Of a stretch of 64,000 bases of DNA, positions 9,464-20,601 are shown one piece after another. Under the pieces are notes generated by a model, which saw only the letters and a list, made by a program, of their open reading frames with translations, did no database searches and had not been told where the DNA came from. The DNA lies in NCBI GenBank assembly GCA_035285545.1, contig JAYKGY010000036.1:1-64000 (forward strand), read 5' to 3'. The position numbers were made by a program, and so were the translations under genes. The stretch is from Snowella sp. (GTDB taxonomy: Bacteria > Cyanobacteriota > Cyanobacteriia > Cyanobacteriales > Microcystaceae). Every line of letters starts with the position of its first letter. Position 1 is the stretch's first letter.

Positions 9464-10123
9464 ATGGCTAAAGCTTCCCCTATTAATCCAAGAGTTCTGC
9501 TGGTAGAAGGAAGTGATGATCTTAGAGTAATCCCAGAATTAATTGAAGCAAATGGTATTGATTGGGGAAGCAAACAAAGCCCGATTGTGAAAATTCGTGA
9601 GTATGGTGGTTATGAAAATATAGTAGCTCCAGATGTGATATCGACTGAATTACAAGCCTCTGGTTTATCTAGCCTTGGAATAATGATTGATGCCGATGAA
9701 GATCCGTTAGGACGTTGGCAAAGTATTAGAAATGCAAGCCTAAAAAGTATTCCTGATATTCCAGAAAACTTACCAGAAGACGGATTAATTCATGCAGCAC
9801 CTAATGGTGTTAGGTTTGGTATTTGGCTGATGCCTGATAATAAAATACATGGTATGCTAGAAACCTTTTTGGCTTACATGATTCCAGATGAAAATGAAAC
9901 CCTTTGGCAATTTGCGAAAGAGGTTACTCAATCGGCAAAACGTAAAGGGGCTAAATTTACTGATTCACACTTAGATAAAGCGAATATTTATACTTGGTTA
10001 GCTTGGCAAGAACCGCCAGGAAGACAACTCCATGATTCAATTAAGCAACGTATTTTAAACGCAAATCACCCTAATGCCCAAAAATTTGTATCGTGGTTTA
10101 AATCCTTATATGAATTAGGTTGA
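9464..10123 (+). CDS. TOPRIM-like protein (DUF3226 type)
   Basis: LLVEGSDD and IMIDAD motifs; PDN...GMLETFL; WLAWQEPPG; starts 3 bp after the ATPase stop. Confidence 0.75.
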   Translation: MAKASPINPRVLLVEGSDDLRVIPELIEANGIDWGSKQSPIVKIREYGGYENIVAPDVISTELQASGLSSLGIMIDADEDPLGRWQSIRNASLKSIPDIPENLPEDGLIHAAPNGVRFGIWLMPDNKIHGMLETFLAYMIPDENETLWQFAKEVTQSAKRKGAKFTDSHLDKANIYTWLAWQEPPGRQLHDSIKQRILNANHPNAQKFVSWFKSLYELG

Positions 10124-10318
10124 AAAATTCGCTTATAAGAATGAAAATTATCGCCATTAAGTCAAGCTTATGAAGATCCAGAAACAATTGATGAGTTATT
10201 ATTCATTAGTTTTAAGAAATTTCATTTTATTCATCAGTTTCAATAACATTCCTATTTCGAGATTCAATAAGTTTTGATGGTTGGTGATTGGTAAATCATC
10301 ATTTCTGGGTTACTGATT

Positions 10319-11260
10319 CTAAGCACGGAAATGACGCTTTAATTCATAGCCGCCTAAGGATAAACTTGCAACAATCAGGGGAATCCAATAATAAATCACC
10401 CGATAGGCTAATAGGGAACCGAGTAAATTAATCGAAGAAACTTCGGGAGAAAGGGTTAATAAAATTACTGTTTCAAAAACCCCTAATCCTCCCGGAATAT
10501 TACTAATAACTCCCGCAATTTGGGCCAATAGATAAATCCCAAAAAAGCCAGCATAGGAAAGATTAGCATCGGTGGGTAAAAGCACATATAAAATACCTGC
10601 GGCTAATCCCCAATCGATCGCCGTTATGAGAATTTGAGCGAGGGAAAGACCAAAGGGTAAATGGGGCAATTGCCAACGTCCAATTTTTAGAGAACGCTCG
10701 GTTAACAGACTCAGGGCGAGATAGGCAAGGATCAGGGTGAGGAAAATTAACCCCAACGGATGAACCGAAGCAAAGGGTAAATTGAGGGATTGGGGAACCT
10801 GTAACGGATCAACTAAAAAAGTGACTCCACCAACCGCTAATAGCCCTAACCAAAAACTGAGATTGCAGAAAGCAATAATTTTGGCAATATCGGGATTATT
10901 TAACCCCCAATGGGCATAAAATCGATAACGAATGGCACTCCCGCTAAGAAGAGCCAAGCCCACACTGTTACTAATGGCATAGCTGATAAATCCCACAAAG
11001 CCCGTTTGCCAATAGGAGAGCGACCCCCGAATATAGATCATGGCTAGGGTATCGTAACCCGTCAACATTACATAGTTAATCAACATTAGGGCGATCGCGC
11101 CGACTAGTCGGGTGTGGGAAATCGCTTGTAAGCTTGCTAAAATATCCTGCCAACCGTATTTATGGACTTCTTGATGAATTGCCCAAATTGACAGGATAAA
11201 TAACAATAACCCTAATAAGGACGGAGCGAGGGGTTGAATTCGCTTCCAAGCATTACTCAT
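10319..11260 (-). CDS. MprF/lysylphosphatidylglycerol synthase TM (flippase-like) domain protein
   Basis: Polytopic membrane protein; [18 protein letters not shown] and LLAYRVIYY motifs; no cytosolic synthase domain. Confidence 0.8.
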   Translation of the reverse strand: MSNAWKRIQPLAPSLLGLLLFILSIWAIHQEVHKYGWQDILASLQAISHTRLVGAIALMLINYVMLTGYDTLAMIYIRGSLSYWQTGFVGFISYAISNSVGLALLSGSAIRYRFYAHWGLNNPDIAKIIAFCNLSFWLGLLAVGGVTFLVDPLQVPQSLNLPFASVHPLGLIFLTLILAYLALSLLTERSLKIGRWQLPHLPFGLSLAQILITAIDWGLAAGILYVLLPTDANLSYAGFFGIYLLAQIAGVISNIPGGLGVFETVILLTLSPEVSSINLLGSLLAYRVIYYWIPLIVASLSLGGYELKRHFRA

Positions 11261-11700
11261 TCGGTTTCAAGCATTTTTTGGTGTTCTACTTCAACGACGG
11301 TGTGGACATTCCCCCTGGGATTAAAATCCGCCCGAATCTTGGCATACAACGGATCGCAAGCTGCGACAAAATCATCCAAAATCACATTGACAACTTCTTC
11401 ATGGGAAATGTAGCGATCGCGGAAACGGTTGGAATAGAGTTTGAGGGCTTTTAGCTCAACCACTTTTTCGTGGGGACAGTAGGTAATATAAAAGGTTGCA
11501 AAATCAGGATAGCCGGAAAAGGGGCATTTACAGGTGAATTCAGGAAGGGTGATCTCGATGTTGTAACGCCGACCGATGCGGGGATTGGGAAACGTAATGA
11601 GTTGCCCTTCTTCAATGTTGCGCTCGCCATATTTGACGGTTTCTGAGGGCTTTTCTGCGGTTTGGGCCATCGTTACATCCGATTTCAATACTTCACTCAT
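11257..11700 (-). CDS. queF: PreQ0 (7-cyano-7-deazaguanine) reductase
   Basis: [36 protein letters not shown]. Confidence 0.95.
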   Translation of the reverse strand: MSEVLKSDVTMAQTAEKPSETVKYGERNIEEGQLITFPNPRIGRRYNIEITLPEFTCKCPFSGYPDFATFYITYCPHEKVVELKALKLYSNRFRDRYISHEEVVNVILDDFVAACDPLYAKIRADFNPRGNVHTVVEVEHQKMLETE

Positions 11701-11777
11701 GGATTTGTTTCAAGGAAAATTTGACTCATCCCCATTATGGCAAAGGACGAGACCGGATTGTTAAGTTTTCTTAAGTT

Positions 11778-12614
11778 TTAGCGAAAAACCCGATGTTGCA
11801 ATGAGGGCATTTGTTGACGGACTTGTTTGAGGCGAGTGGGATTAATCTCTGCGATCGCCACGCCTGGGGTATCGCCGGCATCGGCTAAAATCACGCCCCA
11901 GGGATCAATAATCATGGCATGACCGTGGGTATAACGCCGTTCGTAATGGTAACCCGTTTGGGCTGGCGCAATCACATAGCAGGTATTTTCAATGGCTCTC
12001 GCTTGTAATAAGACTTGCCAATGATCTTTCCCCGTAAAAGCGGTAAAAGCTGCCGGAATAAAGAGGACATCGGCTCCTTGTTGGGATAAATGGCGATAGA
12101 GTTCCGGGAAACGCACATCATAGCAAATCGATAAACCTAAATTTCCCAGACTTTCCGATTGATAGACCGAGGGGAAATTCTGTCCCGCCATGACGGTACT
12201 GGATTCACGGTAGGTGTTGCCATCAGGAACATTGACATCAAACAGATGAACTTTGTGGTAGCGCGTTAACTCCTCCCCATTGGGAGCCATGAGAACGGCT
12301 GTATTATAGGCTTTGCTGCGATCGCCTTCGACGGGAACGGGAAAACCACCAGCGAGAATGGTCACCTGAAAACGCTGGGCCATCGTTTTAATAAACTTTT
12401 CGGCTTGTTCTGCAATATTATCCGCCTGCGCTAATTTGCTTTCTTCATTGCCCAAAAAAGCGAAGTTTTCGGGTAAACCAATTAATTCTGCTCCTCGACG
12501 GACTGCCAGTTCAATTAATTCCTCTGCCTCGACTAAATTCTTTGCCAGGTCGGGCTTACTGGTCATTTGGATAGCAGCAGCGAGATAGGGTTTCATTGAG
12601 ATTGATTTAGTCAC
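11778..12614 (-). CDS. Carbon-nitrogen hydrolase (Nit1 / deaminated glutathione amidase-like)
   Basis: Catalytic triad motifs LPENF, YHKVHLFD, ICYDVRFPE. Start may be ATG 12596. Confidence 0.9.
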   Translation of the reverse strand: MTKSISMKPYLAAAIQMTSKPDLAKNLVEAEELIELAVRRGAELIGLPENFAFLGNEESKLAQADNIAEQAEKFIKTMAQRFQVTILAGGFPVPVEGDRSKAYNTAVLMAPNGEELTRYHKVHLFDVNVPDGNTYRESSTVMAGQNFPSVYQSESLGNLGLSICYDVRFPELYRHLSQQGADVLFIPAAFTAFTGKDHWQVLLQARAIENTCYVIAPAQTGYHYERRYTHGHAMIIDPWGVILADAGDTPGVAIAEINPTRLKQVRQQMPSLQHRVFR

Positions 12615-12987
12615 AAATTAAGAAGATGCAACTTTTTATTGTATCCCTAGCAGGGACGCGATCGCGCAGCGAATTTAGAATCGTTTTTAAATCAAGTTTA
12701 AAGAATTATCTTTTAAGAATTAATACTCATTTCCAACGCCATTGAGTGGGATCAAAATTGACCGATCGGAGAGCCTTACTCGTCAAAATTAAATCGGGCT
12801 TCTTTTTCCCAACATTGCACAATTTTTCTCAAATGTTTCTGCAAAAAATTCTTTTACCCAATCAAAAATAAAGCCGATCATTCCCTCATTATTTTTTCTC
12901 TTATTGTTTAGATGAACATTTTAGGATAAGATCTGAAGCCGATTCTTTGGGTATTCCCATTAGTCGGATGAATTCATCGGTTTTAAA

Positions 12988-13737
12988 ATGCCCCCATCGC
13001 CGCGATCGCTTTCCCAAAAATTAATCTATCAATTCAGCAATCAACTGTTTAACCTCGTCGGAAAATTACTCGTTAAGGAATGGGACAAACGATTATTAGG
13101 ATTAGCCCACCTTCCCATCCAATCCGTCCTGGATATTGGAGCCAATGAAGGTCAATTTGCCCGACGCATCACCCAAATTTTTCCTCAAGCCCATATTTAT
13201 GCCTTTGAACCTTTGGCTGTTCCTTTTCAACAATTATCCCGTTTAGCCCGTCAACAACCGAAAAAAATAACCGCGTTTAATTTGGCCTTAGGAGATAGCA
13301 TTAAACCGATTGAAATTTACAGTCATTTATACTTTAATCCGTCCTCTTCGATTTTGCAGACAACCCAACTCTGTGAAACCGTTTATCCGATGGTCAAAAA
13401 GCAGGAAAAAATTCTCATTGAACAGTCTACGTTAGATCACGCGATCGCCGATATTTCTCTACAAGATCAAATTCTGATCAAATTAGATGTACAAGGTTAC
13501 GAAGATCGCGTCATTAAAGGAGGCATGGAAACCTTTAAAAAAAGTGCCGCTTGTATTGTCGAAATTTCCTTAGATCAATTGTATGAAGGACAGGCCCAAT
13601 TCCGAGAAATTTTTCGTTTATTGGATCAATTAGGCTATACTTACGCTGGCAATCTGGATCAAGTCTTAGGAAAACACGGCCATGTCCGTTATTTTAACGC
13701 TGTTTTTGTCAAAGAATCTGTGTTTGGGCAACTTTAA
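12988..13737 (+). CDS. FkbM-family methyltransferase
   Basis: VLDIGANEGQ, YAFEP, LIKLDVQGYE. Confidence 0.9.
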   Translation: MPPSPRSLSQKLIYQFSNQLFNLVGKLLVKEWDKRLLGLAHLPIQSVLDIGANEGQFARRITQIFPQAHIYAFEPLAVPFQQLSRLARQQPKKITAFNLALGDSIKPIEIYSHLYFNPSSSILQTTQLCETVYPMVKKQEKILIEQSTLDHAIADISLQDQILIKLDVQGYEDRVIKGGMETFKKSAACIVEISLDQLYEGQAQFREIFRLLDQLGYTYAGNLDQVLGKHGHVRYFNAVFVKESVFGQL

Positions 13738-13762
13738 AGAATTTTGAGGATTTTAAAAATCT

Positions 13763-14611
13763 ATGCGTGTTGAAGCTTGTTGTCAGTCTTTGTTATCGAC
13801 TATTCTGCCCGAAGTTGACCCTCAAAAAAATGGATTTTGCATTGATGTCGGTGTCGGAACGTTTGCCTTTTACTGTGAAGTGTTTGCCCAATTAGGTTAT
13901 CCTACCGTTGCCGTTGAACCCCTTCCGGTTAGAAAATTAAGACAACGCTGCGATCGCTATTCTATTGAATTAGTAGAGGCTTGTCTCTCCAATATCAATG
14001 GTAAACAAAAACTCTACTTAGGTAATTTTGCCGGTTTATTTAACCACAATTTTAATTCCCTTTCTCCCGATTGGTTCGGATCTTCTCAAAAAAGCAAAGA
14101 GGTTTTTTCCCTTACCTTGCCCACTTTATTAGACAAAATTAATGCCAATCAAATCACCTGTTTAAAACTGGATATTGAAGGGTGGGAATTTAACGTCATC
14201 AAACAATTTACGGAACTTCCGAGCCATTTATTACCCAAGGTCGTGATGTTTGAATATGGCGGCGGTGTGAATAAAACCCAAGGGAAAAAAGGGTGGTCAA
14301 AGGACTTTTTAGAAAAAACCTTAAATTGCCTTTCTGTTCTTAAAAATTGTGGCTATAGCTCCAGTATTCTGGTCGATTTTGCCCCCCGTTCCCAAGAAAA
14401 ACTTTTTGACCTGCGATCGCTAGATCTCACCCAAGATCAACTGTTTACCGACCAATCCGTTTATGGCAACATTATTAGCCTCAGAGATGGCGAAATTTCA
14501 GAAGCCAAAATTCACCAAGTTTGCCAATCGTATTACGATGCCTCCCCCATTGATTTAATCGTTAATGCGTTAGTTTCTCGATACGGGAGTTCAGACCAAA
14601 AGGAAAAGTAA
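13763..14611 (+). CDS. FkbM-family methyltransferase
   Basis: CIDVGVG, VAVEP, CLKLDIEGWE. Confidence 0.85.
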   Translation: MRVEACCQSLLSTILPEVDPQKNGFCIDVGVGTFAFYCEVFAQLGYPTVAVEPLPVRKLRQRCDRYSIELVEACLSNINGKQKLYLGNFAGLFNHNFNSLSPDWFGSSQKSKEVFSLTLPTLLDKINANQITCLKLDIEGWEFNVIKQFTELPSHLLPKVVMFEYGGGVNKTQGKKGWSKDFLEKTLNCLSVLKNCGYSSSILVDFAPRSQEKLFDLRSLDLTQDQLFTDQSVYGNIISLRDGEISEAKIHQVCQSYYDASPIDLIVNALVSRYGSSDQKEK

Positions 14612-14847
14612 GCTAGAACAAAATCTCAGACTGCCAATGTGGGAAAATAAATAAAGACGTTAAAAAACAACGAATTTCAATCCTTACCGTGATTATTAAG
14701 TTCGGGTTTATTGCTAATCCCTAATCCCGCGATCGCATCAGCCTGCTACTTGTGTTTTTCAAGCATCACATTGAAGTTAGCTTGCAAGTTTAGGGCTATT
14801 GCTGTTAAAAGACTGTTAAGTTGCTTAGTTTTAGCAACAGAGGGGTA

Positions 14848-16188
14848 TTAGAGCGGAAGATTGACAGAAAAAATGCTGCCGTGTCCTGGTTGGCTTTGTA
14901 GGGTTAATATTCCCTGATGGGCTTGGGTAATGGCTAACGCGATCGCTAAACCTAGACCGGAGCCACCTGTATGCCGAGAGCGGGCACTATCCACCCGATA
15001 AAAGCGGTCAAATACCCGTTTCTGTTCCGTTAGCGGAATCCCTATGCCTGTGTCTTCAACTTGAATAATAGCCCAATTATCCTCCATTTCTAACGTAACG
15101 ATGACCTTACCACCTGTTGGCGTATATTGAATGGCATTTATTATTAAATTAGAAACCAAACGATATAATTGTTCGTTATTTCCTCGGATTTCTAATGTTT
15201 TTTTAACACGAATATTGATTAGGAGTTGTATTCCTGAACTATTGGCTAAAATAGCAAATTCTTCTCCTAAATCGTTAACGAGATCGTTTAAACAGCAGGA
15301 TTCCTTGATTACAGGGATTGATTGTCGATCCATGCGGGCGAGGAGCAAGAGATCGCCGGCTAGCTGAGTGAGACGGCGGTTTTGTCGCTCAATGATTTTC
15401 AAAATATCCCGTGTTTCTTGTTCAGTTAATTGGGGCATGAGTAGGGCAGATTCAACGGTTGCAAGGGAAGCTGCTAAAGGAGTTCGCAATTCATGGGCGG
15501 CATCAGCGGTAAATTGCTGAATTTGGCTATAGGACTGGTAAATTGGCTTCATGGCTAATTGAGATAGCCACCAACCTGCACCACCGACCAAAATTAAGGA
15601 AAGGGGTAAACCTAATTTCAAAGCCCACTTAACGCCGTTCAAATAATCTTCAAAGTCTTCTATGTTACGTCCAACTTGGAAGTAACCCCAGTCCTGACGA
15701 TCTTTGGTATGTAGCACGATAGATATTTGACGGTATTGACCACCTTGTTGATCGGATAGGGTCTGCCACTCCTGTTTATTCAAAGTTTTAGGTATCTCTT
15801 GGGGATAGTTACCCGCGATCGCGACAAATTGCCCAGCGTTGTCAAACATCCGAATATAGTAATTGCCTTTATTGATCGCGCTCAGGATATGGCGGGGAGA
15901 GCTAGATAAATCTTTTGCACAAACGGTATCAACCCGACAAAGATTGGGTAGCAGTTGATAGACGATGGGTTCTAATTGACCGGGCTTTTGTAATTTAAGT
16001 TCTAGGCTGTCATGTAGGGTTCCTGCAACGGATTCTAATTCTCGATCTAAGGTTACCCAATGGGCGTGGGCGATCGCGTGGTAAACACCAAACCCCAACA
16101 CCGTTAAAATTAACCCCATCACCCCTGCATAATAAATCGCTAGGCGTTGACGAGTTTGATTAAAGAGTTGATTGCGCTTCATGATCAC
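14848..16188 (-). CDS. copS: Membrane sensor histidine kinase, CopS/RppB type
   Basis: Two TM segments, His-containing periplasmic domain (HAIAHAHW...LHDS), H-box AHELRTP; cop cluster context. Confidence 0.75.
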   Translation of the reverse strand: MIMKRNQLFNQTRQRLAIYYAGVMGLILTVLGFGVYHAIAHAHWVTLDRELESVAGTLHDSLELKLQKPGQLEPIVYQLLPNLCRVDTVCAKDLSSSPRHILSAINKGNYYIRMFDNAGQFVAIAGNYPQEIPKTLNKQEWQTLSDQQGGQYRQISIVLHTKDRQDWGYFQVGRNIEDFEDYLNGVKWALKLGLPLSLILVGGAGWWLSQLAMKPIYQSYSQIQQFTADAAHELRTPLAASLATVESALLMPQLTEQETRDILKIIERQNRRLTQLAGDLLLLARMDRQSIPVIKESCCLNDLVNDLGEEFAILANSSGIQLLINIRVKKTLEIRGNNEQLYRLVSNLIINAIQYTPTGGKVIVTLEMEDNWAIIQVEDTGIGIPLTEQKRVFDRFYRVDSARSRHTGGSGLGLAIALAITQAHQGILTLQSQPGHGSIFSVNLPL

Positions 16189-16202
16189 TTTGGTTAGACC
16201 GC

Positions 16203-16910
16203 TTAGATCGTTTTAGTCATCGGTTCATTTAAGCGATAACCAACGCCGTGTACCGTTTCAATCAAGCCTACACAGTTTACCGATTCTAGCTTTCGTCTTA
16301 ATAAACGCACTTGGGCCGCGACGACGTTACTAAAACTATCGGTATCGACTTCCCAGAGTTGATTGCGTATTTGCTCACTCGTCAAAATTTGATTGGGGTG
16401 CCTCATTAAATACTCTAGAAGTTGAAACTCCTTATTAGTTAAGGCGATCATTTCTTTTTGGCCCGCCTGATTGAGATGATAAACGGTGCGCGCTCCGTAA
16501 TCCAGAATGAGGTTACCGATTTGTAAATGGGGTAATTGCAGTTGGGGCGATCGCCGTTGTAGGGCCCGTAATCTGGCCAATAGTTCCTTCATGCCAAAGG
16601 GTTTAACTAAATAATCATCTGCCCCTGCATCTAACCCCGTAATTTTATCCTCCATGCTATCCCTGGCCGTGAGCATCAAAACAGGAAGGGGATTATTGCG
16701 CGATCGCAACTTTTGTAATAACTCTAAACCTGAAATCCCTGGCACTAACCAATCAAAAACCGCTAAGGTATATTGCGTTAATTGATTATCTAAATAGCCC
16801 CAAGCCTCATTGCCATCCGTTACCCAATCGACAATATACTTTTCCTGACTGAGGGTTCGTTTAATGGCGGCTCCTAAATCTGATTCATCCTCAACTAATA
16901 AAATTCTCAT
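16203..16910 (-). CDS. copR: OmpR-family response regulator, CopR/RppA type
   Basis: REC plus wHTH (NVVAAQVRLLRRKL); adjacent to the kinase; matching boxes in the cluster. Confidence 0.75.
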   Translation of the reverse strand: MRILLVEDESDLGAAIKRTLSQEKYIVDWVTDGNEAWGYLDNQLTQYTLAVFDWLVPGISGLELLQKLRSRNNPLPVLMLTARDSMEDKITGLDAGADDYLVKPFGMKELLARLRALQRRSPQLQLPHLQIGNLILDYGARTVYHLNQAGQKEMIALTNKEFQLLEYLMRHPNQILTSEQIRNQLWEVDTDSFSNVVAAQVRLLRRKLESVNCVGLIETVHGVGYRLNEPMTKTI

Positions 16911-16919
16911 AATTATGTA

Positions 16920-17390
16920 TTATCGTTTAAAAGAAAAACGAGCATTTACTTTTTGGCCATTAATATTTGCAGTTACTCTCACTTGATATTGTCCTGCGGC
17001 TTTTTCTTTGATTAATGTCATATAATGTTTTCCCTTTGCATCATAGGTAAAAGTCAAATTTTTCTGTTGTCCATTGGGGAGTTGAATTTGTCCTGTTACT
17101 TGAGCATTTGTAATGGTTTGTTTATTATCCTTTCTTTGTAGAAAGACATCTAAATGAATGCCACTTTTTTCATTTTCAGCAATAAATTTTAAGAGATAAG
17201 GCCCCGATTCAACAACCTGAACTTTGGCAATCATGAGATTGGTATTTTGCCGTATTAAAGCCTCGTCTGATTTAGAATAATTTGCTGTTACCCCTAGCGC
17301 GATCGGAATGGGTATTCCTAGTAACATAACAGTCATTATTCCCGTTAAATAAGCTTTGAAAGAATGAAAGTAGTTAAATTGCATAAACAT
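16920..17390 (-). CDS. Secreted accessory protein of the RND cluster (cyanobacterial CopC-like)
   Basis: N-terminal hydrophobic segment; QVVESGPY and GIHLDVFLQ; lies directly after the RND gene. Confidence 0.6.
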   Translation of the reverse strand: MFMQFNYFHSFKAYLTGIMTVMLLGIPIPIALGVTANYSKSDEALIRQNTNLMIAKVQVVESGPYLLKFIAENEKSGIHLDVFLQRKDNKQTITNAQVTGQIQLPNGQQKNLTFTYDAKGKHYMTLIKEKAAGQYQVRVTANINGQKVNARFSFKR

Positions 17391-17427
17391 TGCTCCTAAT
17401 TTGATAATTGGATGAAGATTTTAAAAT

Positions 17428-20400
17428 TTACGAGGTTTTTGACAGAGAAAAACTTTTTTCAATCTGAGATTTTGGAGATTTTGGCATTAAAAATTTACCA
17501 AATTTGGCATATAAAGCGGGTAATACTAACAGGGTCAGCATGGTTGACGTGAATAAACCACCCAGTACCACAACAGCTAACGGTTGTAATACTTCCTTTC
17601 CTGCTCCTGTGCCGATGACTAAGGGGATCATACCTAAGGCAGAAGTCAAAGCCGTCATTAAAATTGCTACCAGACGTTCCATCGAACCTTCAACAATAAC
17701 ATCTTGTAACGGAAGCCCTTTTGCTAGCTTGTTATTGTAGTTATCAACTAACAATAAACCATTACGAGTTGCGACTCCAAACAGGGTAATAAAGCCCACT
17801 AAAGACGCGACCGAAATAATGCCACCACCAATTGCGATAGAAAAAATCCCCCCCGCTAATGCCAATGGTAAATTGATCATAATCATCAATACGGCTGCTA
17901 GGGATTTAACGGCAAAATACATCAAAATTGCAATGATAATTATGGCTAAGGTTCCATAAATTAATAAATTTTGAGTTGCCCGTTGTTCAGATTCAAATTG
18001 CCCTCCATATTGAATAAAATAGCCTGTCGGTAATTGCACCGTTTGACGGACTCGATTTTGAATTTCCGTAACGACTGATCCGAGGTCTCGACCTGATACA
18101 TTGGCAGACACAACAATGAGTCGAGAAACGTTCTCTCGGTTAATGGTATTGGGGCCTGTTCCATATTGAATATCGGCAACTTGAGCAAGGGGAATTTTTT
18201 GTCCTGTGGGGGTATCAATTAATAGGTTTTGAATAATGTCTAAATTATTGCGGGCATTTTCGGGTAACCAAACCACTAAATCAAATAATTGTTGTTGCTC
18301 TAAAACTTGGGAAACGGTACGTCCGTTCAAACCTGTTTCAATAATCTCGGTGAGATCGCCGACGGTTAATCCATAGCGGGCGGCAGCGTCTCGATTAAAT
18401 TGAATTTGCAGTTGTTTGATCGGAACTTGAGGTTCTAGTTGTAAATCCACTAATCCTTCTATGTTTTTAATGCTTGCCTCAATATCAGCCCCGATTCGTC
18501 GCAATTGTTCTAATTCTGAACCAAAAATTTTAATGGCGATCGCGCTTCTGACCCCCGACAAAACCTCATCCATACGATGGGAAATAAATCCCCCAATATT
18601 CGAGACTACGCCTGGAAGCCGAGCAAATTCTGTGCGGAGTGTCTCAATACTGCCTTCTCGATCGCGTAATCCTGCTTCACTTAATTCCACATCCAAATGC
18701 CCCAAGTTTACGCCACCTGCATCGGCATCCCCTGGCGCACGCCCCGCTCTTAACTGCACCGTTTTAAACCGATCATCTGTTTTAAGGGCCGCTTGAATGG
18801 CCATTCCCGCTTGATTCGTGGTTTCTAAGGAACTGCCTGGATAAAGAACAATGGCATTGACTAAAGACGGTTCTTGAAATTCGGGTAAAAAGACGCGACC
18901 TAGACTGGGCAAAATTGTCAGTGCTGCCACTAAAGCCGCGATCGCCAGCATTAACACGATGCGAGGAAAGCCCATCGCAATACTTAAAATGGGTCGATAA
19001 AGCCGTTGGCATAGGGCCGCAACCCAGGTATCCTCTGACGGCAAAGGACGGTGGGTTAATAAAATGGCACAGAGCGCAGGAGAAAGAGTCATCGCCACCA
19101 AGGTAGAAGCGAAAATAGACACCAAATAAGCAACCCCCATTGGCGCAAAAATACGCCCTTCAACTCCCGTTAAGGCAAAAATCGGCGCAAAAACCACCGC
19201 AATAATGACCGTCGAAAAGAGAACACTCACCCGCACTTCAACCGAGGTATCATAGACCACTTGAAACGGGTGCAGAGGATTGCCTGCTAACTGATTCTTG
19301 CGTAAACCGCGATAGGCATTTTCCATATCGACGATGGAATCATCCACAACCGAACCAATCGCAACCGCTAACCCTCCCAAAGTCATCGTATTAATACCCT
19401 GCCCAAACCAACCCAGAATTAACATTCCGATCAAAATAGACAGGGGAATCGCACTCAAGGTAATGACAGCGGTGCGCCAATTCATTAAAAACATGAATAA
19501 AATCACGGAGACGATAATAATGCCATCTCTTAAAGAGCTAGTAACATTTTGGATGGCAAATTCAATAAAATTTTCCTGACGAAAGGTTTCAGTCACTTTC
19601 ACATCTTCAGGCAAACTCGGCGTAATTTCTGCCATTGCTTTTTCAATCAGTCTCGTCACCCTCGGCGTATCGTATTGGGGCTGTTTATCGACCACCATGA
19701 TGATCGCGGGTTGGCCATTTAAACTCCCATCTCCCCGTTTGATGCCTGCTCCAATGCGAATTTCTGCCACATCTTGCAGCTTGATAGGGGTTCCATTGCG
19801 GGCGGTAATAGCAGCGTTGGCTAATTGGTCGAGGGATTCTATGCGTCCTAAACCGCGAATAATAATTTCTTGATCAGGATTAATGAGAAACCCACCTGCT
19901 GCATTGACATTAGCTTTTCTGGCCGCTTCTGTGACTTCCGCTAAGGTAATATCAAAGGCTTGTAACTTAGCCGGATCAACTAAAACCTGATATTGACGGA
20001 CATCCCCACCATAAACCATCACCTGAGAAATGCCTGGGATGGCGAGTAAGCGATTTTTAACATCCCGATCAATAAAGCGTCGGACTTCCATTAGGGGCGT
20101 TGTTTGGGCAGTAAAAGCGTATTGAACTACTGTCCCAATCGGGGAAGAAATGGGGGAAATTTGCGGGTTTTCTGCCCCTGTCGGTAATTGTTGCTGTACC
20201 TGTTGCAGTCGTTCTGTCACTAATTGGCGGGCTTGATAAACATTTGTTCCCCATTTAAAAATAACTTTGACGACCGAAATGCCCACCGCCGAAGAAGAAC
20301 GGACAGTTTCAACCCCAGGCGTTCCATTGACAGCACTTTCAATCGGTAAGGTAATTAAGGATTCAACTTCTTCGGGGGCAAGCCCTGGGGCTTCCGTTTG

Positions 20401-20547
20401 GATTTCGACTTGAGGCGGCGCAAAATCAGGAAATACATCCAAGGGCATTTGGGTCAGGTTATACAATCCTAAAACAGTGACAATCACGGCTCCAATGATG
20501 ACGAGCCAGCGTTGAAGGATTGACCACTTAAGGATGGTATTGAGCAT
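17428..20547 (-). CDS. Heavy-metal efflux RND permease (CusA/CzcA family; cyanobacterial CopA)
   Basis: 1039 aa; DVFPD, GLAPEEVE, GSVVDDSIVDMEN, ERLVAILMTAL motifs. Confidence 0.95.
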   Translation of the reverse strand: MLNTILKWSILQRWLVIIGAVIVTVLGLYNLTQMPLDVFPDFAPPQVEIQTEAPGLAPEEVESLITLPIESAVNGTPGVETVRSSSAVGISVVKVIFKWGTNVYQARQLVTERLQQVQQQLPTGAENPQISPISSPIGTVVQYAFTAQTTPLMEVRRFIDRDVKNRLLAIPGISQVMVYGGDVRQYQVLVDPAKLQAFDITLAEVTEAARKANVNAAGGFLINPDQEIIIRGLGRIESLDQLANAAITARNGTPIKLQDVAEIRIGAGIKRGDGSLNGQPAIIMVVDKQPQYDTPRVTRLIEKAMAEITPSLPEDVKVTETFRQENFIEFAIQNVTSSLRDGIIIVSVILFMFLMNWRTAVITLSAIPLSILIGMLILGWFGQGINTMTLGGLAVAIGSVVDDSIVDMENAYRGLRKNQLAGNPLHPFQVVYDTSVEVRVSVLFSTVIIAVVFAPIFALTGVEGRIFAPMGVAYLVSIFASTLVAMTLSPALCAILLTHRPLPSEDTWVAALCQRLYRPILSIAMGFPRIVLMLAIAALVAALTILPSLGRVFLPEFQEPSLVNAIVLYPGSSLETTNQAGMAIQAALKTDDRFKTVQLRAGRAPGDADAGGVNLGHLDVELSEAGLRDREGSIETLRTEFARLPGVVSNIGGFISHRMDEVLSGVRSAIAIKIFGSELEQLRRIGADIEASIKNIEGLVDLQLEPQVPIKQLQIQFNRDAAARYGLTVGDLTEIIETGLNGRTVSQVLEQQQLFDLVVWLPENARNNLDIIQNLLIDTPTGQKIPLAQVADIQYGTGPNTINRENVSRLIVVSANVSGRDLGSVVTEIQNRVRQTVQLPTGYFIQYGGQFESEQRATQNLLIYGTLAIIIIAILMYFAVKSLAAVLMIMINLPLALAGGIFSIAIGGGIISVASLVGFITLFGVATRNGLLLVDNYNNKLAKGLPLQDVIVEGSMERLVAILMTALTSALGMIPLVIGTGAGKEVLQPLAVVVLGGLFTSTMLTLLVLPALYAKFGKFLMPKSPKSQIEKSFSLSKTS

Positions 20548-20601
20548 ATTAATATTATTCTTAAAATTTTTAAAAAATAAGATTTTCGGCTTTTTATTGC
20601 G

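Noticed and set aside
10124..10318. Short reading-frame fragment (LSPLSQAYEDPETIDELL) after the TOPRIM gene
   Set aside because: Too short, with no clear start or recognisable homology.
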